DNA from: Octopus vulgaris
Lineage: Eukaryota
DNA length: 64,000 nucleotides
Assembly (NCBI GenBank): GCA_951406725.2
Contig: OX597817.1
Coordinates: 11,346,001-11,410,000 of the forward strand
Reading direction: 5' to 3'
The notes beneath the pieces were generated by a model. That model saw only the letters and a list, made by a program, of their open reading frames with translations, did not search any database and had not been told where the DNA came from. Shown here piece by piece: positions 1 through 12,384 of this stretch (its first letter is position 1; every line of letters starts with the position of its first letter). The position numbers and the translations under genes were made by a program.

Positions 1-231
1 TCTATCTATCTATCTATCTATCTATCCATCTATATGTGTGTGTGTTTGCGTGTGTGTGTACATACAATGGGTATGTAAATTAAACACAAATATGTATATA
101 TAATTTATGTTTGAGAAAACTATATACATAAATGAATATGCATATTCATGTGCATACACCTATCTATATCTGTATATATATATATACATATATGTATACA
201 TATATGTATACATATATGTATACATATATGT

Positions 232-294
<63 letters not shown>

Positions 295-660
295 CTCGAA
301 CAAATTATGCACGGACACACGCACAGATATATCCTTATCTCTCTCATGTATATACATATATACATATCTTAAAAGCTATAATTTTTAGTTACATTATTAT
401 GCATATATCCTTAACGATTTCTTGGCTGGATTTTACACCCTACTGCTAATACTGCTCCAATATTGAAGTGAACCTCATGAGAGTAATTTGGAGCCCCACA
501 GCAATAACATCAACATTTCTGGTAATAACTCCAATCCTGATATTATGATATAATACCATCAAGGCTATTAGTTTCCTCGGTTTCCTAAAATGAACAGGTT
601 TGCGGCAATCTTTCGAGATGTGTCATAGAAGTTTTTCAGTTTATTATACAACGGTATAAG

Positions 661-1070
661 AGGCGTAGGCGTGGCTGTGTGGTAATTAGCTTGCTTACGA
701 ACCACATGGTTCCGGGTTCAGTCCCACTGCGTGGCACCTTGGGCGAGTGTCTTCTACTATAGCCTCGGACCAACTAAAGCCTTGTCAGTAGATTTAGTAG
801 ACGGAAACTGAAAGAAGCCCGTTGTATATATGTATATGTATGCATGTGTGTGTATATGTCTGTGTGTCTGTGTTTGTCCCCCCAACATTGCTTGACAACC
901 GATGCTGGTGTGTTTACGGCCCCGTCACTTAGTAGTTCGGCAAAAATGACTGATAGAATAAGTACTAGGCTTACAAAGAATAAGTCCTGGGGTCGATTTG
1001 GTCGATTACAGGCGGTGCTTCAGCATGGCCACAGTCACATGACTGAAACAAGTAAAAGAGTAAAAGAGTG
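661..1070 (+). mobile_element. tRNA-derived SINE, type A (octopus-type, CORE-like centre, internal microsatellite, (GTAAAAGA)n tail)
   Basis: A-box-like TGGCTGTGTGG, B-box-like GGTTCAGTCC, CCTTGGGCGAGTG core, 3' GGCGGTGCTTCAGCATGGCC and AGTAAAAGAG repeats; about 10 similar copies in the window. Confidence 0.9.
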
Positions 1071-1999
1071 AAAGAACGGTGGCGCACACAAGAAGAGCAT
1101 ATTTATATAAATATAAATATACATACATACGCGTGCACACACGCATACATGCACATACTCACTCACACACATATACACACAACACAAACACACACACACA
1201 TAAGTACGTACGTATATATATATATGAATGTATGTGTGTGTGTGTTTGTGCTTGCCTGTAATTATTGAAATAACTTTCAATAATTATGATAGGGATAATT
1301 TTATTAAGAAAACTTTTTAATAGAGGGAACCCTTTGATTTCGCTCCTCTTAGCAGCAAGATATGTCAATCAAAATATAACCTTATTTTGGGATAAATATT
1401 TCTTTTACCATCGAAATACCCTGTACCAGAATATAGCATACTGTTTCATGTCTTTATCTAAAGTTCTATGTCTGCGAAATTACCAGGCATCTTTCATTTT
1501 ATACAACACTTCAACAATTTTGTGGGTAGATTCTCTGAAAAATTCCGGGCAGGTACATCTGAATTTTTCAGGCATGTATTTAAGTTACTTTTACAAAATA
1601 TTCCGGGAGAAGTGAAATTTAAACGCTAAAATTCTTTCCCTGTACCTGCCCTAAGTTCAAATGAATAACGCACACTGAAATGAAGAAAAAATACGATTAG
1701 GGTAAAATTTATAAGGGGAACTTTTGCATGGGTTGTACAAGATGATTAAATCAATATTCAATATATTACTAGTTTTATTTGTATTGGCCTCCAGTGAGAT
1801 GAGAAGTAAAGGTGACTACAAAAAGATTTGTCTTATATTTGCTTATCTCGAAGTTAGAGCAACAGGATAACTCCTGTAGAGCTGATTTAAAGCACTTCAC
1901 AAAAACAACTATTGTTTACTCAAGTTTAATGCCTACAATTTACAGAGGATACATTTCTGATAAACAAAATTTAAGCACTGCTATTCAATCTACAAGGGA

Positions 2000-2352
2000 A
2001 GCACTCCGTCGGTTACGACGACGAGGGTTCCGGTTGATCCGAATCAACGGAACAGCCTGCTCGTGAAATTAACATGTAAGTGGCTGAGCACTCCACAGAC
2101 ACGTGTACCCTTAACGTAGTTCTCGGGGATATTCAGCGTGACACAGAGAGTGACAAGGCCGGCCCTTTGAAATACAGGTACAACAGAAACAGGAAGTAAG
2201 AGTGAGAGAAAGTTGTGGTGAAAGAGTACAGCAGGGATCGCCACCACCCCCTGCCGGAGCCTCGTGGAGCTTTTAGGTGTTTTCGCTCAATAAACACTCA
2301 CAACGCCCGGTCTGGGAATCGAAACCGCGATCCTATGACCGCAAGTCCGCTG
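2000..2352 (-). mobile_element. SINE with type B head joined to tail X (5'-truncated)
   Basis: 2200-2352 matches the type B SINE at 43657-43830; 2000-2180 matches the tail of the SINE at 32858-33030. Confidence 0.85.
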
Positions 2353-2379
2353 TGAATGTCGGTTAGATTAATCACATTA

Positions 2380-2865
2380 ATCAACTGCTACTTATTTTAT
2401 CAGCTCCGGAAAGCTTAACGGTAAAGTCGAGACTGGCGAAATGCTTATTTCTTTACTACCCACAAGGGGCTAAACACAGAGAAGACAAACAATGACAGAC
2501 AAAAAGGATTAAGTCGATTACATCGATGCCAGTGCGTAACTGGTACTTAATTTATCGACCCCGAAAGGCTGAAAGGCAAAGTCGACCTCGGCGGAATTTG
2601 AACTCAGAACGTAACGGTAGACGAAATACCTATTTCTTCACTACCCACAAGGGGCTAAACACAGAGAGGACAAACAAGGATAGACAAACAGATTAAGTCG
2701 ATTACATCGACCCCAGTGCGTAACTGGTACTTAATTTATTGACCCCGAAAGGCTGAGAGGCAAAGTCAACCTCGGCGGAATTTGAACTCAGAACGTAGCT
2801 CGCAGATGAAATACTGCTGAGCATTTTGCCCGGCGTGCTAACGTTTCTGCCAGCTCACCGCCTTA
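2380..2865 (-). mobile_element. type D SINE (Nin/Deu-like domain GTCGACTTTGCCTTTCATCCTTTCGGGGTCGATAAA) with tandem ~184-bp body units
   Basis: Reverse complement of the unit arrayed at 53301-54083; two near-complete units at about 2445-2630 and 2630-2815. Confidence 0.85.
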
Positions 2866-2899
2866 ACTTCAGTGTAATATTAGCAATTATGGACACAAG

Positions 2900-3250
2900 T
2901 ATGGCTGAATTGTTTAAATGATCGCTTTGCAGCCATGATGTTCTAACTTTGATTTCCGCTGCATAAAATTTTGGTGAGTGCATTTCTCAAAGCTTCTGGT
3001 CCACCTAAGCCCTACGAGGGAATTTAGATTAACGGAAATTATATAGAAGCCCGTCGGATGAATTGTAGTTGTAATTCAATGATCTACACTTGTCACACCT
3101 TTGTCACACCTTGTCACACTTTGTCACGTTGAATCTAATTCAGAATTACTTTTATGATTCACATATATGTGAAACACCCAGTTACATGCTCTATAGTACT
3201 ATGCACAGGTTGCCCAAATGACCGAACGATCGACTGTCCATACAGTGAAA
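2900..3250 (+). mobile_element. old degenerate SINE with type A head and tail X
   Basis: AACGGAAAT..AGAAGCCCGTCG (type A) followed by CTTGTCACAC..GTCACGTTGAATCT (tail X). Confidence 0.55.
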
Positions 3251-3479
3251 TGGATGAGAGAGTCCATCATTAGCAATTATCTTATCGAGTTATGTGGGCA
3301 AGGCGTGAACACTAACAGTAATACAACCGTTCAGTTACCAAATAATAATGTTTTTTTGTTTTTTTTTTAGTCGCAGTAAAACTATCTCAGGATTCATATC
3401 TAATGCTAGATATGAGAATCTATCTATTGTTCTTTTTCTGGGTAAGAAGGAGCAGAATTAATGAAGTTAATAAAAATAA

Positions 3480-3673
3480 TCCCTTCAACTATAGGTATAA
3501 AGCCTGAAACTTTGGGGGAGGGGACTAGTCGACTAGCTACTTAATTTATCGATCCCGAAAGGATGAAACGCAAAGTCGACATCGGCGGAATTTGAACTCA
3601 GATCGTCAAGGCAGACGAAATACCACTAAGCATTTCGCCCAGCATGCTAACGATTCTGCCAGCTCACCGCCTT
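3480..3673 (-). mobile_element. type D SINE
   Basis: CCCGAAAGGATGAAACGCAAAGTCGAC..GGAATTTGAACTCAG..CTGCCAGCTCACCGCC. Confidence 0.85.
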
Positions 3674-3719
3674 GGTGATTATGATAATAATAATAATAAA
3701 AGTGTTTTTTCTTTCTTTT

Positions 3720-3932
3720 CTTTTTCTTTTATTCTTTTACTTGTTTCAGTCATTTGACTGCGGCCATGCTGGGGCACCGCCTTTAGTCGAGCAAATCGAC
3801 CCCGGGACTTATTCTTTGTAAGCCCAGTACTTATTCTATTGGTCTCTTTTGCCAAACCGCTAAGTGACGGGGACGTAAACACACCAGCATCGGTTATCAA
3901 GCAATGCCAGGGGGACAAACACAGACACATAA

Positions 3933-3969
<37 letters not shown>

Positions 3970-4116
3970 CGACAGGCTTCTTTCAGTTTCCGTCTCCCAA
4001 ATCCACTCACAAGACATTGGTCGGCCCGGGGCTATAGCAGAAGACACTTGCCCAAGATGCCACGCAGTGGGACTGAACCCGGAACCATGTGGCTGGTTAG
4101 CAAGCTACTTACCACA
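3720..4116 (-). mobile_element. type A SINE
   Basis: Reverse complement match to 661-1070 and 18827-19248. Confidence 0.9.
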
Positions 4117-4411
4117 ATTAAATGTTATCACAGTTTTTGCACTAGATGATTGTTATTAGTATTTGATGGTTGGAAAACTGGAATCGAAATCCTCATGCCT
4201 AACACACCTGTTTAGATCAGACAATTTTGTAAATGCTTGATTGGATGAGCTCGGTACAATAAAATCAATTGGTCTCTGAGAAGCTTGTCTCAATACAGGT
4301 ACACTTGCGCGGGCAAACATACAAAGTAAAGCACGCTCAAACATATAAAATAAAGCACGCGCGCACACACACGCATACACACATATATATGAACCTATTT
4401 TTTTACTAATA

Positions 4412-4763
4412 CTAGCAGTATCGCCCGGCGCTGCTAGGGTTTGTTTCGACCCTTTAGAATTGGAATTTTTGAAAAGTAAAAATTCTGCATTATGTAGCTT
4501 GTTAATCTCTTTAATTGAACATTTTTCTAGTTGAAATACACCGAAAAATGGCGACACAGCAGTCAAAAATTATTGATGTTAATAATTTTTGGTGTTAACA
4601 TGGTCCGATTTGAATTTTTTCTTCTACGGAAGGAAGAGCAAGTCTTCTTCTATCATACTCTCAATTTTGGTCAACTTGCGTCGCAGGATCTCAGAGGAGA
4701 TAGTGTTAGTTGAAGGCTACCAAACCTGCCATACACAGACAACTTCAGCTTTATATATATAGA
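4412..4763 (-). mobile_element. non-autonomous Helitron
   Basis: On minus: 5' TCTATATATATAAAG, 3' GC-rich hairpin (GCAGCGCCGGGCG) plus ATACTGCTAG; A|T insertion site; 3' end shared with 8721-9233. Confidence 0.75.
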
Positions 4764-5302
4764 TATTTGCTTAAGCTAGCTGCTTAAGACCTGTCAGTTA
4801 CAAAATTATATTGTTTTTTTTTTTTAGTCACAGTAATCTATCTCAGTATTCATGTCTAAGTAGAATGTCTCTTTCCTTCACTCTCTTTCTTCCTCATTCT
4901 CTCTTATTTCTCTCTTACTCTCTCTCTCCTTCTTTCTCTCTCATTCTCTCTTTTTTTTCTCTTCCTCTCTGAAACATTTTAAAACACAAAACGAACGTCG
5001 TCACCACTCACTGTCTCTCACTTTCTCTCTCCTTCTCTCTCTCACACACACTCTCTGTCACTCTCTGTCACTCTCTGTCACTCTCTCTCTCTCTTTCTCT
5101 CTTTCTCTCTTACTTCCTCTCTGTCCACCTCACTGTCGCTTTGTTACTCACTTCTTCATTTGAAGTAAGTGTGACATACACCACAGGTACGTACAAAAAG
5201 AACAGGTTGGCATATTAATATTATTGATGCTAGATATGGACACTGCCTGTAATGTCAGTCTATTGTTTTTGCTGTGTAAGAAGCAAAGTTAATGAAGTTA
5301 AT

Positions 5303-7270
5303 ACGCCTTCTTATGGAAGCACTTCTTCTTCTTCTTCTTCTTCTTAGTGACCGCAACCGAGTTAAGTTTCACTACGCCGTACGACCGGTGTCATGGCGGA
5401 AAAGCTATATAATCATCGGAGAGGTAATAGTCTACTTCCAGAAGAACAGAAAGAATATTCAGGGAACAATGAAGGGCAACAAAAGGCCACATACTAGTTG
5501 ATAAAATGACGCAGGTTGACGTGACTAAATGTAGTTTGGTTAGATTACTAAAAAACACATGACATATATATCCAACTGTTGGATACATAAAACAACGAGC
5601 ATTTTTGGAGTGGCAAAAAATATGGAGAAAATGGTTAATGAAAGTATGAAACACTGGAATACAGAATTGATTGGAGGAAAACAAAGACTCGGAAAGTGAA
5701 CATCAGACGTAGAAAATTTCAAGGTGTTAGTTTCATTACTATTTATATTGGCCCTCATACCGCTAAGTTTCATGTTACGAAAAGTTAGAATAGCTTACGA
5801 CTAGAGAAAATGATATTGTCAGATAAATCATCACCTTTTTATAGATGATATAAACATCCGTGTGAAAAATGACAAACAGCTTGAAACTCTTGTACATACT
5901 GTTCGCATTTTCTCAAATGATGTAGGTATGGAATTTGGGGTCGAAAAGTGCGCCGTTTTGAAATTGAAACAAGGAAGATTTGAAAATGAAACAAGGAAAT
6001 GAAATGAAAGTAGGGCGTATACAAGGAAAATAAGAAAATATTACAGTCAAAGCTGAATTTAATGAATAAAATGTTATTGAAGGAATAAATTTAAGAGTAG
6101 TATCGGTTATCAGATATCGAGCTAGAATTGTAGATTGGACATGAAGTAACATAGAGAAATTTGACAGAGAAACTAGAAATCTGTTGACAATGAATGGATC
6201 CCACAATCCGAAAGCTGATATCAACCGGTTGTAAATGTATAGGGGCTAAGGCAGAAGTGACTTAATTGTTGTAGAAGAGTATGTATAGATGGAAAGAAAA
6301 AGTACTAGAATATTTAGAGAACAACACAAAAAAATTACTGAAGATAGTGAATAAGGAACAGGTGATCAAGTGTGAACGAGAGAAAAGGACAAGAATGAAA
6401 TTCAAAGAGCGCATGTTGAACAGACCGAAGAGAAACCTTTGCATGGTCAGTTTTGGAAAGCCACTGACCTGTATGGGGGAAAAGTCTTGGACTTGGTTAA
6501 GAAAAGCACAATTAAAAGCAGAAAGTGAGAGCCTAATTATAGTAGCTTAAGATCTAGCGATAAAAACAATTTGAGAAAATATGGGAAGAAGGTATCCGAA
6601 AAATGTAGTCTGTGGAATTTAAAATGAAACAGTGGCACACATTGTTCCAGAATGTCTCATGTTGGTGCATGGAGAATATAAGAAAAAGAGGTATGACCAA
6701 GCTGTGAAAGTTTTACACTGGAAGCTTTCTTAAAAAGGGGGATTTGAAGCTGAGGTACCAGGTATGATCATCGGGTCGAAAGAGTAGTGAAGTCGGAGAA
6801 ATGAGAAATGTTATGGGATTTTCCTATTCAAACGGATAAGAATCTATAAAATAATAGACCAGACATAATAATAATAATAGACAAGGGAAAGAGAAGTTGC
6901 TTACTAATTGATCCATCGTGTACCATTTGGTTACAGGATTGTAAAGAAAGAGGATGAAAGACAAAACAATATAATCCCTTGAAATTTCAAATTGCAAGAA
7001 TTTGGAGTATGAAAACTGTGATGGTTGCGTCTATAATAAATGATGCATTGAGGACTGTTAGTAAAGATATAAACAAACTGTTGAAGGATATTGAAATAAA
7101 ATGTCCTGTAGAGCTTCAAGAGAAAGTTTGCTTCGTAAGGTTAGGAAAGATCGCCGGGAGGGTCTTAAGCACTTGAAAGGCTATTGAAAACTTGTGGATT
7201 CATAAGCTTACAGGTAGTAATCCGCAACCCACATAAATTCTAACAGGGATAAGAACGAACCTGAGTCAAA
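5303..7270 (+). pseudogene. decayed R4/Dong-clade non-LTR retrotransposon (RT, CCHC and restriction-like endonuclease)
   Basis: Broken frames give LLPEEQK, HLFIDDI, FSNDVGMEFGVEKCA, HNPKADINRL, WLRKAQLKAESESLII, ETVAHIVPEC, WDFPIQTD..NRPDIII, IARIWSMK; many stops and frameshifts. Confidence 0.85.
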
Positions 7271-7428
7271 TCATCGTCGTCGTCGTCATCATCATCATCA
7301 TCATCATCATCATTATCATCATCATCAGCAGCATCATCATCATCATCAACATCATCATCATCATCATCAACAACAACAACAACAACAACAACAATAACAA
7401 TAATGATGGTGATGATGATGATGATGAT
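7271..7428. repeat. compound (CAT)n/(CAA)n/(GAT)n microsatellite
   Basis: Direct reading. Confidence 0.95.
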
Positions 7429-7675
7429 ACCAATAGTAATTGGCGCTCTTGAAAGGATCGGCACTCAATTACCAGCCTGGCTCAAAAAGATTAGTACAAA
7501 TGTTAAGAGAATACCTACAAAAAATCCTCACTGGGACTACGAGAGCTCTCCGCAGAGTTCTTGAGACATGATCAGTAAACAAGTGTCACATTGGTTTGCC
7601 GGCTGTGGACAGCTGACACTTTCCACCGTACGAAGCAAAGTAAGCTGAGAGTTTTCTTCAAATAATAATAATAAT
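7428..7675 (+). mobile_element. 3' end of a second R4/Dong-like LINE with (TAA)n tail
   Basis: IPIVIGAL...LGTTRALRRVL-like C-terminus, short 3' UTR, then AATAATAATAATAAT. Confidence 0.7.
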
Positions 7676-8720
7676 GATTCGTAAAATGGAGCATACATTC
7701 ATTGATCTCACACTTAAAAATTCTTCTCTCTGATTCAATACCCATTTGAAGTCTTATGATAATGTTTGTCGAAGTGAACACATCCCTTTACTGTTATACA
7801 GGTAGATGTGAGAGATGAAAGCATTTCGTCCGGGGAAAGTAATCTACAGTGCGGAATTATTTCAGCTGAATTTTTTGATTTTTAAGAAAAGTGTGATGAC
7901 ACTGTAGATAGAATCAGAACGGTAAATAAAAAATTTAGAAATGCGTCCGGGTATAGTTAATGAAGAAGATATAAGAATAACAATAGTTAAACAGAAAGAA
8001 TTATAAAACCGAAAATGAAAAATGAAATCATTATAAAAAACGTATGTTACTAAAGTAAACACTTATACCCCAATAAGTGAGTGTGTAACATAGAGCAAAG
8101 ATTAGAGGTAACAGCAAGAAATCCGGTGGAGAGAATCTGAAAAGTTGAAACTGCTCTATTAATCCCCATCCTATGACATATCGAATTAATTACAAGAAAA
8201 GTTTTCTAGAGAAATATTTACACAATCGTTTCCATGAATTTAAACAGAAAGAGCAATTATAAAAACAAAAAAAAATGCTCGCTTTCATTTTTAATCTGAA
8301 TAACCTAAACAGTAAAACATTCTTTTTATCTTGAAGAACTGCATCTGTCACCGGATAAGGCCGGAAACGCAGGAGCCACAGCAAGGAATATACGCAGACA
8401 TGTCAGACTTTAACATTTGTAATCACATCTCGCCTAGATATTTTCTTACTTGTTGGAAGGGATATTTATTAATTCCAATTCCATAACCAGGAAATTGAGC
8501 TAAAGCAAGCTGCATATGTGAAACATTGGAGTCATCGACTGGTCTGGTTCTCTAGAATAAGATATTTTCAACACAAATATTCTATGTAAATTCAAGTTTC
8601 AGTGATGCATGATAGTTCCTCTGATTTCATCACAGACATACTTTATTATACTGTCTGCATTTATAAAAGTTATGGCCAAAATCTGTATTTTCTTTCTTTA
8701 GTAAAATCTTACTGGAAATA

Positions 8721-9233
8721 TCTATATATATAAAACTGTAGTTGTGCGAGTGTCTGTCCCCTTCGATTTAGATTCCTAACTACTCCCACATTTTGCGGTG
8801 CAGTTTAACCAAATTCGGGTATCTTATAGTCGTGATTCATATCGAGCCCGTCTGAGTATTAGCGCGCGTCTACGATGAGTCTACGATTTTAAAAATAATT
8901 TAACATCATTTTTTATTCCATTTTAATGCATAATTTTTCGTGTGTCGATGGCGGCGGAGTTGGCGTCCACGGTCACACCTGCACCTGTTTGCTTCTCCCC
9001 CTTCTTCCCTCCCTCGTGAAGCTGTGGGGAAGGGAGTGTAAGGAAATCAACGTCGTAAAGCGTTGTCAAGGAGACCAGCGTTCTTTTAGAACAACGACTT
9101 CATGGCTTGAAGACACCAAAACAGAAATGGCTAAGAAAGCCCGAATTGGCATCTATAAGGGAAGTAACTCTCTAAAAATGCTTATATAGTTATTTCCCTT
9201 ACAAACCCGAGCAACGCCGGGCGATACTGCTAG
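8721..9233 (+). mobile_element. non-autonomous Helitron with an extra internal segment
   Basis: A|TCTATATATATAAAA start; CCCGAGCAACGCCGGG hairpin plus CGATACTGCTAG|T end; no TSD; shares ends with 15181, 25936 and 49556 copies. Confidence 0.85.
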
Positions 9234-9257
9234 TACCATATAAAAATAGATGGATAT

Positions 9258-9445
9258 ATAGGAGAGTTTACGAAAAAAACAAAAGATGAAGACAGGTGGT
9301 GTACAAAACAAACAGATGTATTAGTATAACGCTCGGGAACAGAAAAAGTCTTTTACGTTTCGAGCCTACGCTCTTCTACAGAAAGGGACACAGTAAAAAC
9401 AAGGAGAGAAAAAATGTGTGTAGTGGCTAACGATCTATCATGGCG
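9258..9445 (-). mobile_element. short Penelope-derived element with a minimal hammerhead-like motif (9350-9386)
   Basis: Minus strand cttt-CTGTAGA-A-GAGC-gtag-GCTC-GAAAC-GTA-aaag; core has one deviation (CUGUAGA); related to 32292 and 47170 elements. Confidence 0.6.
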
Positions 9446-9459
9446 ACTGATAGATGGAT

Positions 9460-9891
9460 ATACTCTTTTACTCTTATACTCTTTTATACTCTTTTACTTG
9501 TTTCAGCTATTTAACTCCGGCCATGCTGGAGCACCACCTTTAATCGAGCAATTCGACCCCGGGACTTATTCTTTTGTAAGCCCAGTACGTATTCTATCGG
9601 TCTCTTTTGCCGAACCGCTAAGTGACGGGGACATAAACACACCAGCATCGGTTGTCAAGCAATGCTAGGGGGACAAACACACACACACAAACACAAACAC
9701 GCATATATATATATATATACATATATACGACGGGCTTCTTTCAGTTTCCGTCTACCAAATCCACTCACAAGGCATTGGTCGGCCCGAGGCTATAGTAGAA
9801 GACACTTGCCCAAGATGCCGCGCAGTGGGACTGAGCCCGGAACCATGTGACTGGTAAACAAGCTACTTACCACACAGCCACTCCTGCGCCT
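9460..9891 (-). mobile_element. type A SINE, full length
   Basis: Reverse complement match from tail repeats to head CACAGCCACTCCTGCGCC. Confidence 0.9.
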
Positions 9892-10422
9892 ATATATATA
9901 TATATAATTTTTCAAGATTGTACTTCTATATAACGTTTAATCAATTTTTTTACTGTTTCTTTTTGCTCTAAAATTAAATGAGTTGTTCAGAGTAGCAAAT
10001 AACCTGTTAGCATATTTGACATAAAAGTGATGTCGTACAAATCGAACTTAAACTTTATTATGGTGATAAATTTTATCTTACAGACTAGAAACACGCGCAC
10101 ACTAGAATGGAGCAAATTTTTAAACTCAGGTCAATGAGGGGGGTCGATGGTAAATTTCTTTATGGGGAGAAAGTAAAAGAAATAACTCATGAAAGAGGAA
10201 GTAGTAGTCCGAGAATTTTGGAGAGCAGCAATATAAGAAAACTATAGATAGATCACAGACTAGGGAAATGATGTGGTGGGAGAGTCATGAGAGAAAAGTG
10301 TACAGGGACAGAGATGGAGATGAGGGATACGTAGGGATGGCTACAGCGAGAAAAGGACAAAGGTAGAGGACGGTCGATAGCAGACATGAAAGAATGTTAA
10401 GAGAGATAGTAATGTGATAGAG

Positions 10423-10599
10423 AAATTTAAGTTAGTTAGAATATGTCCCAGATATATTCCAACTGCTAAAAGGCAAAATACACCTGGGTGTTTTCACACC
10501 TTTTTCCATAAGAGAAATATTTTCTCCTCGGTAACTACAGTGTAATTGCCTTTTAGAAGTTGAAATATATCACGAATATGCTTTAACTGACCTAAATTT
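10423..10599. repeat. imperfect inverted repeat (~60-bp arms), MITE-like
   Basis: ..GATATATTCCAACTGCTAAAAGGCAAAATACAC at 10423-10482 versus GTGTAATTGCCTTTTAGAAGTTGAAATATATC.. at 10540-10599. Confidence 0.65.
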
Positions 10600-10996
10600 T
10601 TGTTTATTCCGAAACACTGCTTGGCGCTAACATTTCGTTAATGTGATAGTGTTAAGAATGCAGTGTGGCAGTCCTAAGATGTAATTTTGAGGAGAGGGAG
10701 AGATAACTGGAGGCAGAGTGGGGTGATCAGTGGAAAATAAAGTTGGAAGGGATGATATTCAGAATAATAGAAAGAAGTAAAAGGAAGATTTTCCGGGAAG
10801 AGAGGGAGAAAACTGGTTGCATGAAGGGGATGAAATAAGTGCAGATTCTGCTGTCATGTGATTATAGCAGCTAAATATTGCCAATGTTAGAAGAATGATG
10901 TATGAATGAGTGGTTGGGAGATGAAAGGTGGAGAGAGCTTATCGGGGACACACTAAGTGCAGGGTAAGGGTCAGGGTCCGTTGATTATATAAACAT

Positions 10997-11210
10997 ACGA
11001 GGGGTGCTGAAATTTTCTTGGGGCTTTAAGGGTACAGCGAGAGCCCTAAATGGAGGGCCAACCTCCTGAGTTCTTTTACAGGACTTAGAAAAACTGAAGG
11101 ACCGTTGCAATAGGTGTGTGAGTCTGAGAAGGGAATATGTTGAATAAAATCACAATTAACTGATTCTCTCGTGTTTCCTTTTCCCCAAAGCTAGGAACAA
11201 CTCCCTCGTA
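10997..11210 (+). mobile_element. mariner-derived internally deleted element (MITE)
   Basis: TACGAGGGG...CCCTCGTA termini; carries the mariner transposase C-terminus (F.GLEKLKDRCNRCVSLRREYVE*); second copy at 42927-43105. Confidence 0.75.
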
Positions 11211-11214
11211 AGCA

Positions 11215-11640
11215 TAATGCTTTTAGGACCTCACTTTTGCTATGATAAACTGGTCTTTACGAACATTGTGAAATGCAAGTCATCTTGGTCTTTTTCATCT
11301 CCAAATTGGCCTTCAATATTTCGTCTCATGTCATTCTGGGTCTTCTTTTTCCACAGGTTTCTTCCATATGAAGCGATTCGCTCTTCTTTATCCAGCTGAC
11401 ATCATTCATCTGCATCACACGACCATATTAGCGCAGTCTTTATTGTAAACTACATTTCATGCCTCTTATTCCCAATTTTTCTCCCAATACACTTGCACAT
11501 TCTCATACATGGACACTGATGTTACACACCCGTCAGAACACACTAGTTTCAGTTCTTTTTAATATTTGCATGTATTCTGCATTTAGGGTCCCTTTCTCAC
11601 TACCATGCTGCATTACTGTTCAGACATAAGCATCATACAC
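11215..11640 (-). pseudogene. RTE-clade LINE 3' remnant
   Basis: Minus frames give VYDAYV.TVMQHGSE, LKRTETS, EKLGIRGM and RLR.YGRV-like motifs. Confidence 0.6.
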
Positions 11641-11754
11641 ACACACACACACACACACACTTTCGAGAGAACGTGAAATAATTTTTTCCCGACAGTGGAT
11701 CTCGAAGCGAATATAACGCTACATATAAATTTTTCCACTATTAGCATAAGTGTT

Positions 11755-11905
11755 GAAATTACATCGACCCTAGTACTTGACTACTTATTTTATTGACCCC
11801 GAAAGGATGAAGGGAACTGGGTGGAATTTGAACTTAGAACGTATAGACGGACGAAATACCGCTGACCATTTTCTTCGGCTTGTTAACGATTCTGCCATCT
11901 CGCCG
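11755..11905 (-). mobile_element. type D SINE fragment
   Basis: GACCCCGAAAGGATGAA..GGAATTTGAACT..ACGATTCTGCCA. Confidence 0.75.
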
Positions 11906-12250
11906 TTTCATAAAGCTATAAATAATAGCATGTAGATGTTAGGTTGGAAAACCTTTTTTCAACAGAAAATGTCGAAGAGTCGTTTCATTTTTGGTTTACA
12001 AAAACTGTCTTTTCAGCCCAATATTTACACACATACATACATACATACATACATACATACATACATACATACATACATACACACACACACATATGTATGT
12101 ATATGTTTATGCATATGTTTACAAGAGTAAACAAGAGAGACAGAGAAAGGCAGAAACAAGGAAAATGCCTCTTGTATTTGAACACTATACAAATATTATT
12201 TTAAAAGAAACTTTTCTTTTAATTTTTCTAAATTTAATTATTTAATTGTT

Positions 12251-12297
12251 ACAGTTGAAAAAGTGTCAATGACTGAAACCGGTACTGAAATGTTTTT
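12251..12297 (+). ncRNA. degenerate type I hammerhead-like motif in a (TA)n-flanked Penelope-type end
   Basis: cag-TTGAAAA-agt-GTC-aat-GAC-t-GAAAC-CGG-TA-ctg: stem I cag/ctg and palindromic ACCGGT stem III, but CUGANGA core mutated. Confidence 0.4.
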
Positions 12298-12339
12298 TAT
12301 AAAATTATTTTAGCATTTTCTACCTTGACTTTTTTTTTT

Positions 12340-12384
<45 letters not shown>

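Noticed and set aside
107-449. YIYI, MYVC, HTHT and poly-I/N/D ORFs here and throughout (for example 28479-29111, 38128-38793, 55690-56235)
   Set aside because: Translations of stop-free microsatellites; no coding signal
3679-4159. Recurrent ORFs such as RQASFSFRLPNPLTRHWSARGYSRRHLPKMPRSGTEP at many loci
   Set aside because: Read-through of the type A SINE, not a gene family
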